From positions 22,630,001-22,694,000 of the forward strand of contig JBITNC010000002.1 in NCBI GenBank assembly GCA_050084985.1: 64,000 nucleotides of DNA. Reading direction: 5' to 3'. A program made the translations under genes and the position numbers. Of this stretch, positions 13,642-26,075 are shown piece after piece (the stretch's first letter is position 1; each line of letters starts with the position of its first letter). The notes under the pieces were generated by a model, which saw only the letters and a program-made list of their open reading frames with translations, searched no databases and was not told where the DNA came from. The DNA comes from Nageia nagi (lineage: Eukaryota; Plantae; Pinophyta).

Positions 13642-14770
13642 AGGATTTTCTTTTAGTTTGCAGATTTACAAATCCATCAAACCCTACTCTTTCCTGAAAA
13701 CTTTCTAGCATCATTAGAAATCTTTCCCAAAGTGTTGTTATCTACTTCCTAGTAAGATATGTGGGATCCAACATCTTCATTAGGGCATCTGCCTCTTCAA
13801 TTAAGGCGTTAACTAAAATCTGAAAAACTTTATTATGATAAATCACAATATTCATATACCTAAATCATATCACCCATCAAACCCTTAATAAAGGAAATAC
13901 TGAATTCTGAATATATTGATTTTGAAACTTAAATATGGCTAATAGGTATCTTGATATGTTCATTAATTCTCAAAACCCTTTCTAAAGACATTGGTGCGAA
14001 ATTATTCTCCCAATAGGATGGCAAGATCTTGGCTCTGATACCACTGTAGTATCCAAAATTGAAAATTCACAAACCCTAGCTGGAATAATTAGTACTAAAT
14101 CAAAACCCTAAGAATACAGCATGCAGTTTATTATTGCAATAGTACTTAATCCATGCAACAAATTTAGGCAAACCCTTGCAAATAAAATCAGAATTTACTA
14201 TAGAAATCATATCTGCAATTTACTCCAAAGAATAACACCAAACCCTCAAATAGTTAGATTTGACCACACAATTTTATTGGAAATATTATGCAAATGGAAA
14301 ATGATAGCTAAGTCTAAATACAACTCAAATTTACAATCTGACACATTGAGCAATCTCCACACAACTGGCTGAAATCACATGAAAACCACACTAGGGTTCC
14401 AAAGCCTCAAACTAAAATTTGAAAAGCTCCAGTTGAAATGCTTCAATAAGCTCCAATGCAAACCATGGTTGGATTTGCCTCTTCAATGGGTAGATAGCTC
14501 TAAGGTTTTACCCCTTCAAGCCTCCAATGGATCACTCCAAAGGGAATCCTAATAATCTCTTGTGATAAAATGCACGAGCCCAAAAGAGCAAAGCTATCCC
14601 AATTTCCAAATTCTCCAAAACTATCTTCAAATGAAACCCTAACATCTTTTATATGAAAGCTCAATGAGAGCCGTTGATCTTTTTCGATGGCTAATATTAA
14701 AACATCATCTCTCATAAAGATAACCCTAAAAATGAATTAGATCTCATCCCTTGATTAAATGATCAAAACT

Positions 14771-15324
14771 CTAGATCAAATGGTACGGCAGTACATTGGT
14801 ACGCAAATACGAGTATATATGTTATTTCTAAAATACCATATTAACTTGCAATTTGCAAAAAAATAAGAATGATATCAGATATACATAAATAGCATTTTAG
14901 AAGGAAAACCATGTCTAGACTCTATATTAACTCCTATACATGATAACTGAGAACTAGAAGTATAACATGATGCAAAATCCAAAATAAGTCTTTACAGATG
15001 AGGCTTTACAAGTAAAACAACAAGAAGAAGCCCCTTCAAAGGAGCTATCCATGTGAATGCTTTGCCTTTTCCCCTTTGCTTAATGGCCAATGCTCAATGT
15101 TGCAATGCTAAAACCCTTGAAACTTGAAAGCTAATTGTGAGTGAGTGAGTGATTGTTTTGATGTTAGAAGTGAGAGAGCGCAAGTTAAAATGGAAGAGGG
15201 CAAGTGATTTTTTTACTTTATTGTGTGTTTTTTTAATGCAACTGACTGGTACACTCCCTGATACACGTACCCAGTACGTACAGTACAGGGTACAAGACCC
15301 CCTAAGACCTACCATGTATGCTAG
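14771..15324. mobile_element. hAT-type non-autonomous DNA transposon (MITE-like) inside the 5' LTR
   Basis: 8-bp TSD TCAAAACT (14763-14770, 15325-15332); imperfect TIRs CTAGATCAAATGGTA / CTAGCATACATGGTA; absent from the sister LTR at about 11655. Confidence 0.8.
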
Positions 15325-16439
15325 TCAAAACTAATGGCTAGGATTTAATCACAACTTAAAACACCTACTAACACATCACTAAGACCCTTACTAACCCCTA
15401 TCCCACCAAATTTAGCGAAAAACAAATATAATTTTCGAAAACGTCATTTTGCCACATGCATGTAATAAAGCTTTGTTTTTACCACAAAACCCTTCTAACA
15501 CCTTAACTAACTCTAGTAACCCATATAACAACATTTAAACTTGTCAAAACACACTTATTTACCTATATAACTCCTATTTTACCAACAAAATATGACAAAA
15601 CACCCTAAATGATGTCAAACACATACAAAACACAAAAATACAATATTTACAACGCTAGAAAAATTTTGGAACTAACTTATGGGGGTCCTTTTAGCGTAAG
15701 AGAAGTTTAGTAGTAAGGTTGAATTCGTAGGAAAACCATGTCTTCCACCTAGAACTCACATTCAATCCAATGTAGATCATCCAATTATTTCAACCAATAT
15801 TGAGTAGTTTGTAAATTCTCGTTAAGAAGATGAAGAATATCTCCCCTATGAGTTAGGTCAAATCAAGTGCTTGAACATTGGTGCTACTAGGAATATAAGA
15901 TGTCAGTGTTGGTGGTGTTTTGCCATACACAAATTCATAGAGGGTCATTTTAATTTCAAAATGATATGAAGTATTGTAATGCCATTATGCCAAGGGGAGC
16001 CATTTAACCCAAAAAAACGGTTGTGTAGAAGAAAAACAACACAAATACACCTTCAAACATTTATTAACAATCTTTGTCTATCCAAGTGAGTTTGAAGTCT
16101 TTACAGGAGCTCTCACCAAATTGTGTGCTTAAGCAAGGATGTGTTTTAAATAAAATTGATTAATGCTCTCAATTTCTAGTTCTTCATAATTCACACTCCC
16201 CTCCAAACACTTTTGGAGTTTTTTTGAGGGGCCATACAATTCAGTTCATACGAGGCCAAAGCTCTTTTCTACATCCATAGTAACGCATACACCATAAAAG
16301 GAAGTGTCACCCATCAAGATAAACGAAGGCAGATGAACTTCTTCAAAGAGAACAATGAATGATTTGTTAACAATTCTTTCAACTCTATTGGAGAAAAATT
16401 TGGGGACATTAAAGATTTCGTAGATGGTATGAGTCACAA

Positions 16440-19400
16440 CAATTTACCATGATTTTGTTTGTCTTGGAATGTAAGAGGATTGATGAACCTAGTCCAAAAA
16501 TATTTGGTCCGAAGTGAATTGTTAACAATTTTTCAGCTTCATGGTAGTTTTGATTTTCTATACCTTCAAGAAGCTAAGGCTTATAATTCCATTCTGAACA
16601 AGACTTAAAATTTTCTTTGGTTGGGCAGTGTTTTCTATGATACAAATCATTCCCCTGGGAAAGGTGGTGCAATCACTTTTCTAGCCCCTAGATGGAAAGG
16701 GAATATTGTCTCATGGCATGTGGATCCATCCAATCAACCTATATGGATGTTTTTAGAAATTAATGGCCACTCTTTTGGCATTATTAATGTGTACACATCT
16801 AACCATGCTCCTGATAGATGCATGTTATGTTGTTGACTCATTTTCTCCATGTCATCGACCACCTGGGTGCTATGCAAGGACTTCAATATGTTTGAAAAAG
16901 TCCATCATAAAGTTGACTACCTCCCTATGCAATGGAATGTAGGTGAAAGAGAGGTGTGTTCTTTTATGAGAAATAAGTTGGAGCTTACTAACCCCAATGC
17001 CTATTTTAGTTCAATCAATTTACTTGAAGCCAACTGATGCACTTGGTCCAATGGGAATGCTTGAGTATTAAAACATCTCGATCATGCCATGATTTCTAAA
17101 CACTCCCCCTTTCATTTACATCGATTCTCATTAAATACCTCAATGGTTATGGCCATTCCAAACATGACCATCTCTAACCATGCATCCATTATGTTCTCCT
17201 TCGTTTTCGGACCACCTCCCCACATCGGTTTTGTTTCCATTTTTTTTATACACGTCCTTTCTTAAGCACCCCCTGATGAATGCTCATACTTTATGTGTGT
17301 GGAATTTAATATCGTGTCCCTCGAGGTTTGCAAGCTAGATCTCTTAGTGTAATGATGCCATCTCATGCACCACCACACTTCTCAGAACAATGTGAGTTGA
17401 AATTGCCAAATGTCGGAAGCACGCTAATGCTATCCTCAAAGTGTAGTTGGCCAAAGCTACTATGCACCTGGAAGCTTTCTCTTTCAAACACACAATTTAG
17501 AGCCATATAGTAAATTTGAGGCCTGAAATCAAGCTTGCTAAAGTCTATGAAGCACAAGGAGCTCAAATATGTACTCAAATTCACTAGCTTGAAGTTGGAG
17601 ATAAAGTCTTCACGGAATTGTTTCAAAGACTTAGGCCCTTGCATTAGGCTACCCAATTCAAAGTTGTCTAGGTTAATGGAGAGTGTATCACTTCACTAAC
17701 TGATATCACTCAGGCATTTGTCAACCATTACAAATCAGTTTTCTTTCCCAAATTCTTGAAGGCTTCTGCCACGAAGCCTAGGAAGAATGTCAAGCAATGG
17801 TCCCCATTTAGATCTTGTTTTCCCAATGAGAGTTGTGTGATACTCCGTTGATAATTGATGATCTTGCTGAAGTGCTCTTGCATATAGCCAATAACAAAGC
17901 CCAGAGCTAGATGGTTTTCCATGTAAATTCTACAAGGAATTCTAGGACACAATTGCCTAGGACTTATTCCATGTTTATCATGAAGCTCTTCAAACTAACT
18001 CCCTCAGGAATATCATCAACAAAGGCAACATTAAATTCATTTCCAAGCCTAGAGATATACAACTCATTATGAGTTAGAGGCCCATCACCCTGCTCAATGT
18101 TAGCAACAAAATCATAACCAAGGCTTTGGCTCTTCGGCTTCGGCCCCTCCTACCTTTGATTATGAGACTTGAGCAAACAAGTTTCATTCAAAGCTTCTAT
18201 ATGCTGAACAATGTGATTGAAGTACAAGAAGGCATGGAATATTCTGGGTCCACACAACAAACATGTTTTTTGTCAAGATAGATTTTGAGATAGCCTATGA
18301 TAAAATTGAACAATATTTTATTATAGCTATGCTTTAATCATTAGGATTTGGTGAACAATTTTGATCATAACTTTATCAAATTTATTAACATGCTTTTTGA
18401 AGATGCCTCTGTTGTGCTCTCCCTTAATGGTGGTAGCTCTTGCCCCATTGGTTTGTTCCAATCTATTTGTTAGGGATGCCCTTTGGCTACCTCCATTTTC
18501 ATATTAGCAATTGATGCTTTTCGGTATCTCTTGGCCTAAAAGGTGGCTCAAGGCTCTACAAGAAATATTTCTCTCTCTCGTTCTTGAGCCTAGCTAGTTA
18601 ATGGTCATTTCGCATATGATTCCTTTCTCAACATCCAAAAAGATGAGCTTTTAGTTACTCAAGTGTTGGCTTCCCTGGTCACCTTTTGCAAAGCATCAAG
18701 GTCAACCATACAATGGAGAAGATGTCTTGTTATAGACAATCTCCTCTCTCCATGCCAAGATGGCTTGCCAATATGCAATGGAAGTAGCTTCAACCAAGTG
18801 AAACCTTCAATTTTTTGGGAATTCCATTTGCATTCCAACGTAGTCCTGCCCATATTTGGAATTTTATAATCCAGAAAGTGGAGAAGAAGTTGACATATTG
18901 TGTCACTAAGAAATACTCCTTGGCTAGGAAGTTTCATACATGCTCTAAAATCCTAGCTACAACTCATGTCTATTGTTCTTCATGTTGGGTTCCCCTACAA
19001 AATTGTTACAAGAAGCTGGAAAAGCTACTAAGAGATTTTATTTGGTCCAACGCTTCTCATAAGAAAGGTTTTCACAAAGTTGCCTGGGATATATGTTGGT
19101 TACCAAAACATTCAAGAGGTATGGACCTAACTGACTCCCATCACTAAGGTACAACTCTTTATGTTAAATGGATTCTTCATTCCCTAGATGGTGTCGAAGC
19201 TTGGAAACATCTTTGCCATTGTATATAGTTTGGACTCCCTCTTAGTAAGAAATTTTGGAAAGGGCTCATCTTTTAGACTCTAATTACAGCTCTTGTGCAT
19301 ATCAACTATCAAGGTTCAAAGCACCTTCATTGTCAAAAGAATATGGAAAGCATGGTAAGCTCTCAAACCTTGGCTCTGCTGGAATGGTGCTTACAAACAT

Positions 19401-20902
19401 AAAGGATTTTCTTTGGCCAATTCTAGTATCTAGTGGTCTTCGGTTGCTAAATACCAAGGCAAGCCTCTTGTGCAAATCCAATGGATTCAAGCACAACATT
19501 TTTATAAGAAATGGATTGCCACCATTGCAGATTTTTTCTTTTCTCATACTAAGGATTGGATTCCCTGGGACAACTTCAAGTGACTTCATAATTTGAAGAT
19601 GGATGATAAAAGCACTTATAATGCAGTTCTTGATAGCATCCCATTTTGTTTGTGGCCTAAAATTCCTAGGAAATTCCAAAAACCTTGATGCGAAGAATGG
19701 AGTTAGATTTTCCAGCAATCCCTTCAGAAATATAAAGCTAGCTTAGGCTATGCATGGCTCTCTCCTCATCTTCCCATGGTGCAACGTCTTAGCCAGAAAT
19801 AGGCTCTAGAATCAACTTCTATTGGAACCTTTAGTTCAAAATTGTTTGGGATTTTGAAGTAGAACCAAAACAAGCTTTCTTCACTTTGAGGCTTCTTTCT
19901 CATGAGCTTCCCTTGGATCAATATTTTATCTACCTTGGTGTGGAGAATCCTATTTGCAGCTTTTGCAAACAACTGAAGACATCATGCACCTTTTTTGGTT
20001 TTGTCCCAGATCTAGGGATGCATGGAAACGGATCGAGCGTTTGTTTCGGCCTTATATGTCTTGTTCCTTTTCTTGACAACATACTCCTTTGGGAGATCCT
20101 TCATATTTTCTTGTGCCTCTCAAAGAAGTGTGGAACATTTTCCGTATCAACATTCTTTTTCATATCTAGAAAGCTTGTAACAAAATTTTTCTTGCAAAGG
20201 ATGAGGCTTCCATAGATTTTCCATTTGCTGACAAATGTCTAATTTTTTCTAATGCCTAGTTGCAAATGACAAGTCAAGTGGAAAAATTCAATATGGAGTT
20301 CAATCACCTACGAGCTTTTATAGATCATTGGGAAATGTTTCATGCATTGTCAACCATGTCTTGCTAGAGAATTCTTCTTAGAACCTTCTAGATCTCGTGA
20401 GAGATCTCACTATAGGATGAGGTTTCCTTGCATGGAAGAAATAATTCAATTGACTGGCACTGGTCTCAACATCCCCCAATCTGTAAGTACTTAAAAGTAT
20501 CAAGGTGCTTCCTCTTCTAGTTAGATTAATGGTTGGAACATGCATCCAAAGACTTAAGCTCTTTTCATCGATTGGGGTGTTGATAGCGATAACGATGGCC
20601 ATGGTTAGCCTACAAAAGCATTCAATGAAAAAGATGAATGGCATATCCCATTTCTCATAATAGGCAGACAACAATGGAAGGAGGCCAGCATGATACTTCC
20701 AATATTAATGCATAATGGAGCTTTAATATGTCTTTATTTTGCATAATTGCTAGTTGATAGGCCTAAAACTTGTTGTTACAGACTTATGTACTTTTCTTTT
20801 AAGTTTTTAATCCTTAACTGTTAGTCTAACTCCACATGAGGGTGTGATTGATCCACCCACTTTCGTCTTCATTTAATACATAGTTAATTTTCATTAAAAA
20901 AA
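16440..20902 (+). mobile_element. Degenerate L1-type LINE ORF2 (endonuclease-RT) with A-rich tail
   Basis: SWNVRGL, INVY and DFN endonuclease motifs; RPITLLNV, KIDFE.AYD, GCPL, HFAYDS RT motifs; KVAWDICWLPK; ends in CATTAAAAAAA at about 20892-20902. Confidence 0.85.
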
Positions 20903-20954
20903 CATTAAATTTTAGAACATTAAAATTAAACTAAATTAAAAGATTAAAATTAAA

Positions 20955-21261
20955 GAAAACACATCTCTCAACCATTGTCAAAAACTCCACAAGCATCTGC
21001 TGCACTTGACGAACATTTGGAGAAGTGTTGTGCAGAAATACAGGCTGCCACACTTGAGGTACATTTGGAGAAGTGTGTTATGCAGAAATATGTCTTCCTG
21101 AATCTCAGCAGATAGCGATTGAGAATGATGGCGTGGATGTTTAAGGCTCTCTTCTCAATGCAACACTCTAAAAGATAGAAATATGCAGTGTAGAGGTAGT
21201 GTGTATTCTTCTTGTGGGAAGAGAGTGACAGATACCAAACAAACAATCTGAATCCAATCAT
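20955..21261 (-). pseudogene. 5' fragment of a PLS-class PPR gene
   Basis: ATG at 21261; YFYLLECCIEKRALNIHAII, then in a shifted frame EDIFLHNTLLQMYLKCGSL and ADACGVFDN. Contains an internal ~50-bp duplication and ends next to the LINE tail. Confidence 0.7.
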
Positions 21262-21500
21262 GACTTGCGGTGTTTGTTTGAAAGCGTATTTGCGCGTTCA
21301 TTGCCCTTTTGGCCAATTCGACTGTCAATATTCTTCCGCAGGGGACGCGTGTCCGTAACGGGACTCTTAGACATTTCCTTGAGTCCCCCTTAGAGAGACA
21401 TTTTCTGGCATTTTTCATTCGTCTCAGAATACGTGGCTAGAAGTGCCCAAAAATCTTTTCTTAAGAAATTTCCGGAGCTGGAAACGTGAAGGTTATGATC
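21262..21500 (-). promoter_or_regulatory. CpG-retaining putative promoter/5' region of the PPR remnant
   Basis: Local cluster of CpGs in CpG-depleted surroundings, directly upstream of the ATG. Small inverted repeat GGGACTC...GAGTCCC at about 21360-21387. Confidence 0.35.
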
Positions 21501-21548
21501 GAGGGGAAAACCCATCCCATGTAAACATGGTTTTAAAAGGTTGTTGGT

Positions 21549-22726
21549 TATATGATGGTTAATTCGGATTCGGCAAAAAATTGGTTAGGGATCAAATTTT
21601 AAAATTCGGGAAAAGTATAGAAATTTGGATTAAAAACGTCAAAAATACTATAGAAGACAAGAATTTTTAAAATACGGGGCCCTTGTAAATTCTTGAATTT
21701 CGCGAATATTCAGAGAATTAAGCAATATCCATATATTAAAGATATAATTGCAGACTTAATATTTTCTATTATGTCAACAGTTGTCTCTCTCATAGTTGGT
21801 TGATTCGCTCAATTTTCGGAATATTCGCCAAATTTTCCGAATTTCTTAGCCTCCCGAATTTTTCCCAAAAAATGGGCAAATTTTGCCGATTTTATAGCCG
21901 GATTTTACTTCCCGAATTTAAATAAAAAATTCGCCATAAATTCGCCAAATTCTGCAAAAATTCGTCAGAATGAGGGTGCCACGTCGGATTCGTCAAATTT
22001 ACCAAATTCGGCATTTTTTTGTGATAAAATTTGGCTGAAATTCACCGAAGTAGGCTTGAGTTTGCAGGGGAAAATTTTTAAGTTGTCTAGCCAAATTTTT
22101 GAAAAAGTCATCAGATTCAGCGAATTACCACGAATACCAGGAAAAGTTCGTCAAATTCGCCACGAATTCGCTGGAAGACAGAACTAGCGTGGAGACATAA
22201 GGGAAATATGCCCAATTCGGATTTTTATTTTTCATTTGTGTTGTGCAGGTCTGAGAAAAAGATATTATGAAGCTAGAGGAGGGTTTTGTGCAAGCAAAGA
22301 GGTTGATTTATTGACTTGGAGGTTGCATTTTTCCATCCACCATGATCATTTGTGATTTTGTCCATGCTGGAGAAGATTCTTGCTGTTATAACATCTTGAA
22401 TTATGATCCACAATCATTTTCTTTAAATTTATGTCGTGAATGTGTTGTTGGGTGATATGGCCCATATTGAAATGATGTATGGCAATTAGATAAGCATATT
22501 ATAAAGAAAAAAATTAAAAATTTGCATTTTTTTTGTTTTTTTATGTAATGCAAATTTTTACCTAATTTGCTGTTTCTTTTCCAAATATTTGCCTACTTTG
22601 TTCCGAATTTGCTGTTTTTTGTTGTGAGAATTTTTCCTGAATTTCCCGTACTTTTTACGAATATTCACTGAATTTTAAGATTTTACCCTAGCCGAATTTG
22701 TCCCGAATCCGAATAAACCAACTATG
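21549..22726. mobile_element. Non-autonomous TIR DNA transposon (hAT-like)
   Basis: About 40-bp imperfect TIRs (TGGTTAATTCGGATTCGG / CCGAATCCGAATAAACCAACTATG) and many subterminal CCGAATT/AATTCG motifs. No transposase; TSD not preserved. Confidence 0.65.
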
Positions 22727-24779
22727 GTCTCTTTAGACTCAAAATATGTACAAACATGTCATACAGTAATTGAAAGAAGTCACACAAAGGCACCTCCATA
22801 TGTCTGTGCCTGGTGTATAGCTAAACTACTCATGAAAACTTTTTTCCATAGTTAGCACCATATAGTCACAACACTCTTGTTGACTTCAATCGTCGAGCAA
22901 CAGAGTGTAGAGTGGAAGTCTATCTTCTGCATCTAAGGACTTAGTATCAAATCAGCACTCCACAAGTTTTAAGCAACTGAGACAAGCCCTCAGCTAATCA
23001 GAATTCTGACTAACATGACTTGTGGAAACAGTAGTCATAAAGAGACATGTCAAAACATACTTGGCTAGAGTGCAAATACACTACATTTCACGTGGACATG
23101 GAAATTTTATTCATGAAAGAATTCCCACAGAGAAGCAGGAAACTTGAAAGGACAAACTTTACAGTAACTTGTTCTTCAGGATGAAACATCAATTGTCAGT
23201 CACAGTAAGAGTCAGCATTCCTTTCCTTTTCATCAAGAGACAACAATGGATAAATTCCCAAAGGATTGACATGATTGAATCTCTCTTATCAGGCATTATA
23301 CTCCCATCTGTGGAGGACCATGGACAGGTGGTCTTTGTTTGTCTTCATCAATGTACTACACATTTCAATCAGTTTATTACCAACCCAAGAAAGACACAGG
23401 AAATAAGCAGCCCACATCTTGGAAAATTTTCCAAATTCTATTTGCTGACCTGCAAAGTCGATGACAGTTGTTAGATTCTGACAGTGCTGTTGCTTGTAAG
23501 GTTTTCGCTATTTGTTTTATTTTTTGACAAGAATATGAAATCACCCATTCATCAGAAACAGCAACCGACACATAAACAGGGTTTATGTAACAAGTGTTGC
23601 ATGTGTTCCCATGTTTGTTAAAAATTGGGTTTAGTTCCTTGAATGCTTATGTAACAGTAAGACTACTACTGCTGTAGTAATTCATCCTCTGCTCAGATAA
23701 AGCCATCTGATAAGAGAAATCAGTTAAAGTTTACAAGATACTAGTTTATTTTCAGTCTGTCACTGCTTGTTCTAAATAAAAGCCAAATAAAAACAAAAAT
23801 CCCTTCTTAATGTTTTAAATAAATGAATTAACAACGTTTAAATCACCTGACATAACTTTACAAATAACTGAAAGGGTAACTGCTCTTTGAGTGCAAGTTG
23901 TTTACAGCCATATTGTTTCAATGTTTGACAACCCATCTGTAACTTTTCTTTTGAAGGTGAAATCATATGGGTCCACAAATCTGAACTACAAAAAATAAGC
24001 GATGTCCCTTGCTTCTAAGAGCACATCCACTTCATTAGCATTTATTAGACAAAAAAGGAGGAATTCCTCAGATTCAGGTAAAATCATATGCAAGACTTAA
24101 CAAGCATCCAGGTATGATGTCACATCAATTAATTTGTGGAAGCAAATGTGGCACATCAAGAATGACAAGGTGGTATTCGATGTATATTTGGCTTGCATTT
24201 TTATCTTGTAATTTCATTTGACTGTTAAAAGTAGTGGATCCTCATAACCACATGGATATAACAACCAGGGACCAAACACAGTTTTTCTTTGAGGTTTAAA
24301 ACTTTTGATATGGTATCCACCAGCTTGTCATCCCCAATAGAAGACAGCATAACTTGGGACAGAGGTGATTTTGGAAAGGGCGATCACCAGTTGGATGATC
24401 CCTCTTTAACTGTGGTATGTTCTTGATCCACTATAGCTAGTGTGCCAACTAAGAAACTCTATTGCTGTCACATATGTTCATTGGCCATTACAGATCTATG
24501 GATTGATTAAATTTTTTCAAGATAAATTTTTTATTAGACTCTTTCCTTTATTGAATTCTAAATATGGAGACAACAGTATATGTAGCACGGAGAAGGAAAC
24601 ATAAATATATATGGAAGGAACTTAAACCAAGCTTATGAATGTCATCGACCATGATAAAAAAGAGTAAGAAGTACAAACGAAAGGTATGCAACAAGCCTCT
24701 GGGATACCCAAAGTCTATCATGCATGCTCCTATTGCATGTTTAAGGATTATCCTAGAAAGCAAGATGGAGAGGCGATTC
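22727..24779. repeat. Segmental duplicate, copy A (paralog of 31590-32985)
   Basis: Collinear similarity of about 85% by eye. Copy A has about 670 extra bp (23751-24421). Confidence 0.85.
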
Positions 24780-24824
24780 TGATGTGAATTCAGCTGTAAA
24801 AGGAAAACAGAAATTGAAATCCAA

Positions 24825-25436
24825 TCACAGAACATACAGAAGAAATCCAGACCAAAATACTCTTCTTATTCCTGAATCCACCATAACATCAGAGACCAAA
24901 TTTTCACAACTCCCTCCATCAATGACCACGTTACACACCTTTCCTCCTGAAGTGCATCTCGTGCGGAAAATGGTTTTACGCAACCAAGAGTCCTCCTTAT
25001 CCCCTTCTAGCATGCTTAATTTCTCAGGGACAGCAAGGGTCCTTCTTATCATGAGGGTTTCACCCGTGTCTGCAGCAACTTCAGTCTCAGCCTCCACCTC
25101 TTCTTCTTCTTCAACTAATGCGACCCTAGCTGGACCCCTCTCCTCTGCATCATACTGAGGACATTCAGATGCTTTATGCCCTTCTTCTCCACATCTATAA
25201 CAGATGAATGGTTTCCCTGGTCCACGTCCGACCCTTCCACCGTTACCTCTTCCTCTTGGACATCCTCTTCCCCCTTGGAGGGTGTCTTGGCTCTGTCCTG
25301 TCTGATCCTCATTTTTCCCAATCACCGAAGATTCACCCCTTACGAAGTTAGATCCACCTCGCCCTCTATTTGAAGAGGGTGTCGACCCGTTCTTTTTCCT
25401 GACCAAAACAGAAATTGAAATCCAGTCACAGAACAT
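24825..25436 (-). CDS. Chimeric 203-aa ORF (LTR-derived ATG + zinc knuckle + partial protease) produced by the rearrangement
   Basis: 24876-25395 duplicates 26806-27325 (2 mismatches seen) and is in frame with an LTR ATG at 25436. Expression is unknown. Confidence 0.4.
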   Translation of the reverse strand: MFCDWISISVLVRKKNGSTPSSNRGRGGSNFVRGESSVIGKNEDQTGQSQDTLQGGRGCPRGRGNGGRVGRGPGKPFICYRCGEEGHKASECPQYDAEERGPARVALVEEEEEVEAETEVAADTGETLMIRRTLAVPEKLSMLEGDKEDSWLRKTIFRTRCTSGGKVCNVVIDGGSCENLVSDVMVDSGIRRVFWSGFLLYVL

Positions 25437-25864
25437 ACAGAAGAAATCCAGACCAAAATGCTCTTCTTATTCCTGAATCCACATACTCTCCAAGAGAATA
25501 CAATGCCCTTTAAATAGCCACAAAAAAAACAAAAAAACCAAAATGAGTCAGATTGCGCCCAAAATTTGCATGCGCATCCCTCTTACACTAATTAAGCAGT
25601 ATCTAAAATATCCACCCTTAACTAGAAGAAAAACAAGAGTTACTAAAGGCGCAACATGCAAAAAAGCCTAAAAATCAGGAGTGCTCTTAAAAAAGCCTAT
25701 TTTTCAGGCCTTAGACGAATGAATCAGGCCTTAAAAATATCATTTTTTGGGTATGGCAGTTCTAGCGAACTATAACTGGAAATTCGTCACGAAGCCACAG
25801 TTTAAATTTCGAAGCAAAACGACCTCCGGATCAAAAGTTACGGCCCCGGCAACGCATGCATCAT

Positions 25865-26075
25865 TCTCCTCGGGTGAAAAGAACTCAGCTCCTGCGAGTT
25901 CAACTGAGTGAAATTCCTGAAGCTTTTGGTTATCAAGCTTCTGTAACTCGGACTCTGGAACCCAAGTATTAGATGAGGGTGGTAGGCCTTCCCATTGAAC
26001 CAAATATCTATTGTAGTTTCCATGCCGAGTAGTGGTAACCCTCTTATCAAGGATACGGGCTACGCAATCTTTTTC
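25865..26075 (-). CDS. Chromodomain of the element, in a shifted frame relative to the 712-aa ORF
   Basis: VARILDKR..RYLVQWEGLPPSSNTWVPESEL within ORF 25770..26216. The frame changes at the purine run AAGAAGAGAAAAAG. Confidence 0.75.

Larger units (their letters stand above)
10827..15660 (-). mobile_element. Non-autonomous LTR retrotransposon carrying a captured host kinase-gene fragment
   Basis: Paired LTRs at 10827-12005 and 14045-~15660 (about 90% identical by eye, with indels); Met PBS at 14030-14043; PPT GGAAGGGACGGATT at 12006-12019; TSD AAATT (10822-10826, 15661-15665). No RT or INT in the 2-kb internal region. Confidence 0.85.
10022..16085 (-). mobile_element. Chromovirus-type Gypsy 3' remnant (integrase C-terminus, chromodomain, PPT, 3' LTR 10022-10464), interrupted at 10827-15660
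   Basis: Chromodomain VFIQWQGLLPKDATWE (10527..10727). The GPY/F motif LVPK|FYGPY is restored when the nested element is removed. KMTLYEFVYGKTPP near 15930. PPT at 10465-10484; LTR has TG...CA ends. Confidence 0.8.

Noticed and set aside
14030-14043. tRNA-like sequence (also at 9115, 28193, 43227)
   Set aside because: These are primer-binding sites complementary to the tRNA-Met 3' end, not tRNA genes.
23880-23990. Possible exon after an AG acceptor (SDLWTHM...)
   Set aside because: No convincing homology to TBC or any protein I recognise.
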